Of a stretch of DNA of 64,000 bases, positions 31,100-39,967 are shown one piece after another. This stretch comes from Candidatus Latescibacterota bacterium. Lineage in GTDB: Bacteria; Latescibacterota; UBA2968. Both the position numbers and the translations under genes were made by a program. The stretch covers positions 224,001 through 288,000 of the forward strand of contig OZ242311.1 in assembly GCA_965207885.1 (NCBI GenBank), written 5' to 3'. The notes under the pieces are model-generated. The model saw only the letters and a list, made by a program, of their open reading frames with translations, was not told the DNA's origin and did not search any database. Numbering within the stretch: position 1 is the stretch's first letter; the number at the start of each line of letters is the position of its first letter.

Positions 31100-31659
31100 A
31101 TAAACGTCTCCCTGAAGAAGTGCAAAGTCGCGTCGCAGCGGTTTTTCAGGACTATGCAAAATTCGATCTGAAACTCAGAGAAAATATCGGATTCGGACAA
31201 TTGGACGCCATGTTTGACGACACCAGACTCTACGCTGCTGCACATCGAGCGGACATCCTCGATATTCACGCAGACCTGAGCGATGGATGGGATGGATATC
31301 TCGGAAGAAAATTTGGAGACCGCGACCTATCTGGCGGACAGTGGCAAAAAGTAGCACTGGGAAGAGCCTATCTCAAAGATGCGGATCTGGTCGTACTCGA
31401 TGAACCGACATCGGCATTAGACCCCAAAGCAGAACTCGCCCTGTTTGAGCGATTTGTAGATCTGACAGAGAACCGCACAGCACTCATGATATCTCACCGC
31501 CTGGGTGCTGCCCGATTGGCCGACTGCGTCATAGTGATGAAGGATGGCCAAATCATCGAATCCGGCTCTCATGAAGAATTGCTGAAACTCAACGGCGAAT
31601 ATGCCAGACTATTTTCTGCCCAGGCACAATGGTATCAATAAATTTTAAGAGAGTTACTC

Positions 31660-34095
31660 ATGATAAAAAATTATCTAACCGTTGCGGTCCGCAACATCGC
31701 CAGAAATAAGACATTCTCCGCAATCAACATCATCGGGCTTGCAATTGGAATGGCGTGCTGTGTGCTGATTTTTTCGATGATACATCAACAATGGTCTTTT
31801 GATCGGTTTCACAAAAACAGAGATGTGATCTTTCGGGTATTAACGCGGGAAATCACCAAAGAAGGCGAAGTCGCATTTATAGTATTACAGCCGAAGGATC
31901 TCGCAGGCGCATTGAAGGACGCTTTTCCAGAAATCGTTCATACAACGCGACTTGCCAATTCGTTTGTGATTGTCGGGCGTGAGGACAAGCTGTTTCAAGA
32001 ACGCATTTCACTAATAGATCCGCCTTATTTGCAGATGTTTACCTTTCCACTGTTAGCGGGAAATGCAGATTCTGCGCTTGACGATTTGCACAGTGTGGTC
32101 ATCAGCGAGCGCGTGGCGAGAAAATACTTTGGTGAGACAGAAAATTACGCCCATGTGATAGGCCAATCACTGCGTATTAAAGGCTCTCGAGATCCGCAAG
32201 ATTTTGTGGTGACAGGCATTATGAAAACCTTGCCGTTGACCTCGAGTATGCGTGGAAATGATATTCTAATTCCCTTTGAGAATGCATATCGAGATGACAC
32301 ATGGTATTTCAGGACATCGCAGTCCCGGAGTGGAAATGTTGTATCGACTTATATTCAAATCCAAGACGCGAGTCAGGCAACCGCATTAAATGAAAAACTC
32401 GCTTCTTTTACCAGCGAACTTCTGGACAAGCAGCGAAGCAGATGGATCAAGAGCGGACGTATTCAAGATCGTGCCGATGCGTTTCGATTGCACTTGCAAG
32501 CACTCGTAGATATTCATTTTCAAAATGAAGTGCGCGGAGGATACGCACAAAAGATCAGCCCGATGTTTGCTTATGTCTTATCAGCCATTGGTATGGCGGT
32601 GTTGCTGATCGCCTGTATCAATTTTACAACCCTGTCACTGGGACAATCGACGCAGCGGTCATTGGAAGTGGGCATGCGCAAGGTGTTAGGCGCACATCGC
32701 GGTAATTTGATGCGGCAATTTTGGGGTGAAACTCTGCTGATGAGTTTGCTGGCTCTGCTGTTGGGAATGGCACTTGTCGAGTTATTTTTACCGGTATTTA
32801 ACAACATGATTGGCGGGGCAGTGGCGATTGTGCCGAGTTGGGAATTGGTCGTTGCGCTGATGGGTATTCTCGTATTTGTAGGGCTTGTCGCAGGCAGTTA
32901 TCCAGCACTAATACTGTCAAAATTTCAACCCATATCCGTATTTAAGGGCAACACGCGGACAAGACGGCGCAAACCCTTCACAAGCGCCCTCGTGGTAGTG
33001 CAATATGCCTTGTCGATTGTTTTGATGATCGGCACGGGCATTATGGCGCAACAACTGGATTATTTGCAGTCGAAAAGTTTGGGATATACCAGCGAACAGG
33101 TGGTGGTTCTGGACAAGGCGACGCGGGAAACGCCCCAACGCTTGCGCGATGCTTTACGCGGTCATGATCGCATTGTAAATATTGCTGGCGGGGGCTATTC
33201 ATTTGTAAATAGTCAAGAACAAAGAGGCCATAGATTGCCCAATGGCAAGTCAATCAATATCTGGACCATGTGGATTGATGATGCCTATCTGAAAACACTG
33301 AATATTGGCCTGAAGATGGGACGAAACTTTTCCAAAGATTTTCCGAGCGATTCTCAGCGGGCTGTAATTGTGAACGAGACACTGGTAGATATTTTGGGAT
33401 GGGACGATCCAATTGGACAACCATTTCCCGTACTAAATAAAAAAGAGCCACATCAGGTGATTGGGGTGGTAAAGAATTTTCATTTTCAGTCGCTTCACAA
33501 TGAAATCGAGCCGATTGCATTTTATAACTCGATAGGCGACTCGCCAGGTGATCGCGGCCCAGGCGTGATTCTCGTGCGTATTCGTCCAGAAGACATAAAC
33601 GGCAGTATTGAATTGCTGCGAGAAACCTGGAAAAAAATAGAACCAACGCGTCCATTTTCAATCGCATTCCTGGATCAACAGGTCAACGAGCAATACCGCA
33701 AAGAACAGCACTGGCTCCAAATTGTCTGGTACGCATCGGGATTTGGCATCTTAATCGCGTGTCTGGGTTTATTTGGCCTCGCATCGCTATCTGTTTCGCA
33801 GCGCACAAAAGAAATTGGTATCCGCAAGGTATTGGGTGCATCAGTAAGTGAAATCACCGCGCTCCTATCCCGAGAATTTGTGCTCCTCCTCACCATCGCC
33901 AATCTCATTGCCTGGCCCATAGCCTACTGGACAATGAGACAATGGCTCAACGGCTTTGCGTATCGCATCGAACCCGGTGTAAAAACATATCTTCTGTGTA
34001 GCCTATTAGCCGTTGTCATCGCCCTGTGTACCATAAGCCTTCAAGCCATCCGCGCTGCGCGTTCCAATCCCGTGGACGCCCTGCGATATGAATAA
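31660..34095 (+). CDS. MacB/FtsX-like ABC transporter permease
   Basis: MIKNYLTVAVRNI, ACINFTTL, EVGMRKVLGA, NPVDALRYE. Confidence 0.92.
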   Translation: MIKNYLTVAVRNIARNKTFSAINIIGLAIGMACCVLIFSMIHQQWSFDRFHKNRDVIFRVLTREITKEGEVAFIVLQPKDLAGALKDAFPEIVHTTRLANSFVIVGREDKLFQERISLIDPPYLQMFTFPLLAGNADSALDDLHSVVISERVARKYFGETENYAHVIGQSLRIKGSRDPQDFVVTGIMKTLPLTSSMRGNDILIPFENAYRDDTWYFRTSQSRSGNVVSTYIQIQDASQATALNEKLASFTSELLDKQRSRWIKSGRIQDRADAFRLHLQALVDIHFQNEVRGGYAQKISPMFAYVLSAIGMAVLLIACINFTTLSLGQSTQRSLEVGMRKVLGAHRGNLMRQFWGETLLMSLLALLLGMALVELFLPVFNNMIGGAVAIVPSWELVVALMGILVFVGLVAGSYPALILSKFQPISVFKGNTRTRRRKPFTSALVVVQYALSIVLMIGTGIMAQQLDYLQSKSLGYTSEQVVVLDKATRETPQRLRDALRGHDRIVNIAGGGYSFVNSQEQRGHRLPNGKSINIWTMWIDDAYLKTLNIGLKMGRNFSKDFPSDSQRAVIVNETLVDILGWDDPIGQPFPVLNKKEPHQVIGVVKNFHFQSLHNEIEPIAFYNSIGDSPGDRGPGVILVRIRPEDINGSIELLRETWKKIEPTRPFSIAFLDQQVNEQYRKEQHWLQIVWYASGFGILIACLGLFGLASLSVSQRTKEIGIRKVLGASVSEITALLSREFVLLLTIANLIAWPIAYWTMRQWLNGFAYRIEPGVKTYLLCSLLAVVIALCTISLQAIRAARSNPVDALRYE

Positions 34096-34116
34096 GCTAC
34101 TCAGGTGTGACTTTAT

Positions 34117-35601
34117 CTTACAGCCCGTAAGACCCACTCGCAGAGAGCTTTAGCGTTGGGTCGCATGGCGAAGGGCTTCCGAATCCCTGCTTTCGCAGGG
34201 ACATGCTTATGGTGCGGTGCTTCCGTGTAAAATCATCACGGAACATGCTTAGCATGGTGGCACATTGCTCAAGGCAATGTGGGCGGTGGAGCGGTGTACA
34301 AGTGCGCCAGCACTTCATTGACCAAAATCATCCGTTCACTGACTACATAAAACTTGCATAAATTACTGTTTTTATGTATATTTACATTATGGAATACTTA
34401 ACATACAAATACAAAATGTATAGTCTCTGTGACCGCAATAAGTATCTGCACTATGAGATAGACGCTTTTGCTGAGGTGTATAATCATTTCATTGCCTTGC
34501 ACAAGCGATACTATCGGCGTTTTGGCAAGTATCCCAGTAAGTTCACAATGATTAACCATTTGGCAAAGCTGAAAAGAACAACACGCTTTGCACATTGGCG
34601 TTTGTTGCCGTCACAGGCATTGCAAAATGTGATTGAGCGCATAGACTTTGGCTATCAGAAATTCTTTGCCAGAGATAATAAGCGTCCGCCCACATTCAGG
34701 TCTCGCTTTCGGTATCAGTCCTATACGCTGAAGCAAGCAGGATACAAATTCCTTGAGCGTAACAAGGTGCGTATTGGCAAGCGTATATTCAGATACCATA
34801 AGAGCAGAAAGTTCGATGTAGAGCGTATCAAGACGGTCACAATCAAACGTGACCGCGTAGGCGATTTGTGGCTATGTGTTGTTGCAAAGGCTGAGGGTAT
34901 CAAGTCATTCATGATCAAGAACGGTAAAACCGCAGGTTTTGATTTTGGCTTGCAAACATATCTAACAGCCTCAGACAGCACAAGGACACAATCGCCATTG
35001 TTCTTCAATCGTAATTCAAGGAAAGTCAAAAAGGCTAATCGCAATCTTTCTCGTAAAAAGAAAGGTAGCCATAACCGTCATAGAGCCAGAGTAAGTCTTG
35101 CCAGAGTGCATAGGCGCGTTGCTAATCAGCGCAGAGACTATCATTGGCAACTTGCCTATCAACTCTGTAAAGAATATGACGTAATGTATTTTGAAACGCT
35201 GAATATCGACGCCATGAAAGCGTTGTGGGGCAGAAAGATTAGCGATTTGGGCTTCTCAGACTTTTTGAACATTCTCAAGTATGTTGCCAAAAAGACGGGC
35301 AAAGTTGTCAAACAAATTGACCAATGGCTGCCGTCGTCAAAGACATGCTCTGCTTGTGGCACAGTCAAAGAGGACCTCGAATTGCGAGAGAGAACATTCC
35401 ATTGTTGCGAGTGTGGTCTTGAGATAGACAGAGACCTCAACGCGGCGATAAACATTCACAGGTGGGGGCGTCCACCTATGGCGGAGGTAGCGTAAGACTT
35501 GCCGAACTTCGGGGAAGCAAGCATCTACTGTTGATCCCACAATCCCTGCTGAAGCAACAAGATTCTATAATCCCAATGCTTTAGATTTCGGAGTACGTCA
35601 A
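34117..35601 (+). mobile_element. tnpA-less IS200/IS605 (IS1341-like) element
   Basis: Begins after TTTAT (34112-34116); left end homologous to the 29.7-31.1 kb element; ends GGAGTACGTCAA. Confidence 0.88.
34389..35495 (+). CDS. tnpB: RNA-guided endonuclease TnpB
   Basis: GFDFG, YFETL, SSKTCSACG..CCECG, DRDLNAAINI. TTGCAT-17-TATATT lies directly before ATG 34389. Confidence 0.94.
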   Translation: MEYLTYKYKMYSLCDRNKYLHYEIDAFAEVYNHFIALHKRYYRRFGKYPSKFTMINHLAKLKRTTRFAHWRLLPSQALQNVIERIDFGYQKFFARDNKRPPTFRSRFRYQSYTLKQAGYKFLERNKVRIGKRIFRYHKSRKFDVERIKTVTIKRDRVGDLWLCVVAKAEGIKSFMIKNGKTAGFDFGLQTYLTASDSTRTQSPLFFNRNSRKVKKANRNLSRKKKGSHNRHRARVSLARVHRRVANQRRDYHWQLAYQLCKEYDVMYFETLNIDAMKALWGRKISDLGFSDFLNILKYVAKKTGKVVKQIDQWLPSSKTCSACGTVKEDLELRERTFHCCECGLEIDRDLNAAINIHRWGRPPMAEVA

Positions 35602-35710
35602 CAACTGATATGGGAAACCGATGGTCTAAGACCAAACACAACTTGCAGCTTGTAAAAAAAAGGCTATATTCACCATAATGACTGCACATTTTCTGAGTGG
35701 AGAAAAAGCA

Positions 35711-35974
35711 ATGCCAAAAGTAGAACTGGAATACCTGGGTAGTGATCTTATCATCTCTAAACAAACCGCAGAGCAAGAATTGGGACTCCACCCAGGAGAT
35801 CGTATTGAAATCAGACCCAAAGCCGATTTTGAACCTGAAGAACAATCCTTCGAAAAATCCAGGCTTCTCACTGAATCTCTCGAAAACCTCCGAGAAGCTT
35901 TCAAACCCTCGGATCTGGACGATTGGGAGACTCAAAGAAATCAACTGTGGTCAAAATGGCAACTTCCCACTTGA
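35711..35974 (+). CDS. AbrB/MazE-like antitoxin
   Basis: GGAG RBS, ELGLHPGDRIEI motif, overlaps the downstream PIN gene. Confidence 0.7.
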   Translation: MPKVELEYLGSDLIISKQTAEQELGLHPGDRIEIRPKADFEPEEQSFEKSRLLTESLENLREAFKPSDLDDWETQRNQLWSKWQLPT

Positions 35975-36360
35975 TCGTTGATACCGATATCATTATTGAC
36001 TTCTTAAGACGCCAGTCAGAAATCTTGCTCCAGGTTGCAAGCCAATATCGCTGCCATATAACAGCCATCTCGCTCTTTGAATTGCAGATCGGGGCAATTC
36101 GATCAGAGCAACAAAATCAACGATTTTCTCAAGCGCTCTCGCATTTTTCTATTCTACCATTCGACGCCAACGCTGCGCACCATGCATCGACACTTGGTCG
36201 TCAGCTTCAGCAATCAGGCCAAATGATTGGCCTGCCCGATACAATGATTGCAGGTATTTGCCTCTCCCAAGACCTTCCACTGCTCACCCGCAATACCCGA
36301 CACTATACAAGAGTAGCGGGCCTTCAGATTTTTACGCCAGACAATTTGCCCCTCACCTGA
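35956..36360 (+). CDS. vapC: VapC-family PIN-domain toxin
   Basis: IVDTDIIIDFLR, SLFEL, IGLPDTMIAG, LLTRNTRHY. Confidence 0.9.
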   Translation: MATSHLIVDTDIIIDFLRRQSEILLQVASQYRCHITAISLFELQIGAIRSEQQNQRFSQALSHFSILPFDANAAHHASTLGRQLQQSGQMIGLPDTMIAGICLSQDLPLLTRNTRHYTRVAGLQIFTPDNLPLT

Positions 36361-36418
36361 GCATACTAAAAATACACCCGCCGTACGCGAGAAGGCACTT
36401 TGTAAAAAGGAGTACCTG

Positions 36419-36826
36419 ATGGCTGACATACTCGATTTCACCAAACCTCATGTATTGAGAAACGAAGAAGAATACGATTGTGCTGTCGCTGAAATCGATA
36501 CCCTTCTCGATACAGATCCCCAGCCTGGATCAGAAGCGTATGAGCGACTGGAGTTTCTGTCTATACTGGTGCAGGCTTATGAAGACACGCATTTGCCTGC
36601 CTACGAACAATCGACACCTCAGGAAGTGGTTGATTTTATGCTGGAGCAGAAGGGACTTTGCCGGGACGATTTGGCAAAGTGGCTGGGTAGTAGTCGCCAG
36701 ACAGCGGAATTTTTTGAAGGAACCCGGTCACTCTCTATTGAACAAATTGGCGCATTGCGAACGCATCTGGGCATTCCAGCGGATTTACTGATAGAGGTTG
36801 ATCCCGAATGGACTTCTGAGAAGTAG
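36419..36826 (+). CDS. HigA-like HTH antitoxin/regulator (no adjacent higB)
   Basis: RNEEEYD..LEFLSILVQAYE..FMLEQKGL..LGIPADLLI. Confidence 0.8.
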   Translation: MADILDFTKPHVLRNEEEYDCAVAEIDTLLDTDPQPGSEAYERLEFLSILVQAYEDTHLPAYEQSTPQEVVDFMLEQKGLCRDDLAKWLGSSRQTAEFFEGTRSLSIEQIGALRTHLGIPADLLIEVDPEWTSEK

Positions 36827-36843
36827 CACAATGGAGGTCTGGG

Positions 36844-37085
36844 ATGAATATCTCGACAATTGATATGCCACAGGCTGAGCGCGTGGAAGTAAGCGAGGAT
36901 ACGCTGACGGCGGTACTCTCTGATGGGCGAACCATCTCTGTGCCCCTGAAAGTGAAAGGAATCTTCAAGTTGGTAATCCTGGATACCAATATCGTTTCAT
37001 ACATCTTCAATAAAGATACCAGAGCACTGTAGTACCAGAACCAGATTCAAGGCCAACGCGTGCTCATCTCATTCCAGACATTTGA
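36844..37085 (+). pseudogene. Chimera of a DUF2442 N-terminus and a PIN-domain N-terminus with an internal stop
   Basis: VEVSEDTLTAVLSDGRTISVPL, then VILDTNIVSYIFNKDTRAL*YQNQIQGQRVLISFQT. Confidence 0.7.
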
Positions 37086-37098
37086 ATCCACCCATTAG

Positions 37099-37890
37099 CT
37101 ATACCTCGGAAACCACACCGGGATACCGATTTTCAATCCACCAATCCGCGTGTGGCATCCCGCTCTCTCGCGTTTTTCTCACCAGCAAATCGATATCTAT
37201 CAGCACGCGGCGTAACTCGATCTGAAGGCTCCTATTCTCCCACGCAATAACACCATATTCTGCCCAGGGAGGATATCCCCTATCATCCGGATTACCCAAT
37301 GGATCTCGAAGAACCCGGCGTATCCGATCCTGTGCGGGAACAGGCGCACCAACACTTCCGGGATTAACGATCGTGCTATCTGCATAATAACGAACCATCT
37401 GCGTATGCGTATGTCCCCCAGCCAACACCATCGCGTGATAACCAGACAGCATGCGTTCCATCTCCTCATCTGGCGTGTAAGAAGCGATGGCATCTTCATT
37501 AGACCGTGGAGAACCGTGATAGCAAAGAAGATTGGTAGTCGCATCCAGAGGTATCTCGACCATTGCCTGGAACGTCCGCATATAGTCCAGATCATCAGGT
37601 GAAAGCTTACGAACATCCCAGAATCGAACTTCATTTCCTCGCCTGGTGTTCTCGCTCTTTCCCGTACCAGGACGTGGATCAAGACACCACACATCCATAT
37701 TCCCCATAACAACAGAACCATTCAGAGATTTCAACTGAGCAATAACCTCACATGGTTGGGGACCGTCAGAGATGGTATCACCCAGACACACAATGTGATC
37801 AATGGATTCTGTTTTGAGATCGTTCAAAACAGCTTCTAAAGCCACTGCATTTCCATGAATATCAGAGATGATGGCGATTCGCATATTCAT
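37099..37890 (-). CDS. Calcineurin-like metallophosphoesterase
   Basis: SDIHGN, LGD, GNMD, HGSP, GHTH, NPGSVG. Confidence 0.92.
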   Translation of the reverse strand: MNMRIAIISDIHGNAVALEAVLNDLKTESIDHIVCLGDTISDGPQPCEVIAQLKSLNGSVVMGNMDVWCLDPRPGTGKSENTRRGNEVRFWDVRKLSPDDLDYMRTFQAMVEIPLDATTNLLCYHGSPRSNEDAIASYTPDEEMERMLSGYHAMVLAGGHTHTQMVRYYADSTIVNPGSVGAPVPAQDRIRRVLRDPLGNPDDRGYPPWAEYGVIAWENRSLQIELRRVLIDIDLLVRKTRESGMPHADWWIENRYPGVVSEV

Positions 37891-37948
37891 ACCTCTGGAA
37901 TATTAGCTATTCTCACTCTAAAAGCCCCGTATCCAGCACGTCCATTGA

Positions 37949-37978
37949 ACCGTTCACCAGCCTGTTAAACCGCTTATC
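37949..37978 (+). promoter_or_regulatory. Candidate LytTR direct-repeat binding site
   Basis: ACCGTTCACC and ACCGCTTATC, 20 bp start to start, resemble the AlgR-type ACCGTTCGTC box and lie upstream of an operon encoding a LytTR regulator. Confidence 0.5.
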
Positions 37979-38054
37979 ATCTTTTGCTTCTTAAAACGCA
38001 ATTGATGCCTACCTTTTGATTGAGAAAATTACTCACCATCAAAAGGAGGATATC

Positions 38055-38972
38055 ATGTCAAAACGGAAACACGTCATATTGCAAATCAGTGCAATCTTCA
38101 TCGCGCTTTTAACATCGATTCCCGCATCTACACAGACAGATAATCCGCAGCCTTTCAAAGTACAAATAACGGGATCTGGACATCCGATGATCTTAATTCC
38201 CGGTCTAAGTAGCTCTGGAGACGTTTGGCGCGAAACAGTCAACCGATACCAGAACAGCTTTGAATGCCATGTCTTTACACTGGCGGGATTTGCCGGACAG
38301 CCACCTGTGCAAACAGACCATTATTTGCAAACCATGAGAGACGCCCTTATTGCATACATCCAGGAAAACGATCTAAAAAAACCAATCCTTGCAGGACACA
38401 GTTTGGGTGGTTTTCTATCGTTGTGGGTTGCTGCAAGCATACCCGAAAGCGTGGGAGTGCTTATTATTGTCGATGCCGTGCCCTTTTTACCCGCACTACA
38501 AAACCCGGCAGCAACAGTTGAATTTATGCGCACGCCAGCAGAACAAACACGCGCCTGGATACGCTCTCAAACACCTGAACAAAGAGAAAAAGCAATGCCA
38601 TCTATGCTCAAAATGATGATCACAGACCCCGCAAAAATAGATACGGCTGTCGTGTGGAGTCTATCTTCGGACCCAAACACAGTTGCCCAGGCAATGTACG
38701 AAATGTTTTTGACAGACCTGCGAACCGAGATAAAGAACATACAAACACCTGTTCTGGTATTGGGAGCCTGGGTCTCGGGTCAATCTCAGGGCGCAACGCG
38801 AGAAAGCTCACTGGCCGCGTATCAAAAACAGTATGCTCATGTTGAGAATTGCGAAATATGGATGACGAACACGGGCAAACACTTTATTATGTGGGACGAC
38901 CCCGAGGGCTACTTTACGACCATTGATGCGTTCCTCTCTCGCAAGACAATCACCCTCCCTGTTCCCAGATGA
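38055..38972 (+). CDS. Secreted alpha/beta hydrolase
   Basis: AGGAGG RBS, signal peptide, LIPGL, GHSLGG nucleophile elbow, HFIMWD. Confidence 0.9.
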   Translation: MSKRKHVILQISAIFIALLTSIPASTQTDNPQPFKVQITGSGHPMILIPGLSSSGDVWRETVNRYQNSFECHVFTLAGFAGQPPVQTDHYLQTMRDALIAYIQENDLKKPILAGHSLGGFLSLWVAASIPESVGVLIIVDAVPFLPALQNPAATVEFMRTPAEQTRAWIRSQTPEQREKAMPSMLKMMITDPAKIDTAVVWSLSSDPNTVAQAMYEMFLTDLRTEIKNIQTPVLVLGAWVSGQSQGATRESSLAAYQKQYAHVENCEIWMTNTGKHFIMWDDPEGYFTTIDAFLSRKTITLPVPR

Positions 38973-39967
38973 GCAATATGTCCGAGATCAAAAACCACAA
39001 CAAAGCGTATTGGACCTGTCAGATTTTGGGATGGGGAATATACGGCCTGCTCAACACACTTTTTTTATCTGCTTTTCAGACCATTACGGCACAAAATTTG
39101 GGAATCACCGTTTTTGGATCTGTACAGCTTTTGTTGTGGACACACCTGCTCAGAACCATATTCAAAAAGCGGTATTGGGTCACACTGCCTTTATGGAAAC
39201 TCTTTATCCGAGTATTGATAGCCGATCTTATCATCGCGATTATCAGCCAGAGCATTCAGATCTTTGGTTATCTTTATATAGACGACACGCTTACGATTGA
39301 ACAATTCCGTTGGAAACTGTATGGCCTGCAAATACTCAACACGAACTTTATCCTCTGGATATGGTCGCTGTTATATGTCGTGTTCCACATGTTTGACATA
39401 ACCAAACGCGGAGAACGCGAAAAATGGGAATTACAAACAGCGGTTAAAGAAGCCGAATTGATGGCACTAAAAGCCCAGATAAATCCCCATTTTCTTTTTA
39501 ACAGCCTCAACAATATCCGTGCACTGGTCATTGAAAACCCCGCACGAGCACGGGACATGATCTCAAAACTGTCTGAACTATTTCGATACGCGCTACAGGT
39601 CAGCAACACCAGAAGTGTGCTGTTGAAAGAGGAATTGGCAATGGTGAAAAACTATCTCCAACTCGAAGCCACCCAGTTGGAAGACAGGTTGCGTTATCGG
39701 TTTGACATCGCGCCAGAAACACGACAAGTCGAGATTCCACCGATGACCGTACAGACCCTGGTCGAAAATGCCATCCGGCACGGCATTGCACAGCATCCAG
39801 ATGGTGGCGAAATCTCAATTCGGACAACCCTTCAGCAAACTGCTATGGTGGTCTGCATTGTAAACACCGGCCAAATGAAAAACAACGCAACACCTGACGG
39901 CATTGGCCTACAAAATACCAGAGAACGTCTGCGCCTGTTATTTGGGGAAGCCGCGCAATTAACGGTT

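Larger units (their letters stand above)
28410..31641 (+). pseudogene. ABC exporter (fused permease + ATPase) interrupted by a tnpB element at 29728-31099
   Basis: Walker A GENGSGKTT lies before the insertion; VFQDY, LSGGQWQ, LDEPT and SHRL lie after it. Removing 29728-31099 restores the frame (GEIYMVDGDM-DKRLPEEVQ). Confidence 0.92.

Noticed and set aside
31078-31641. Stand-alone 187-aa ABC ATPase
   Set aside because: It lacks Walker A, starts inside the transposon end, and is the tail of the interrupted gene.
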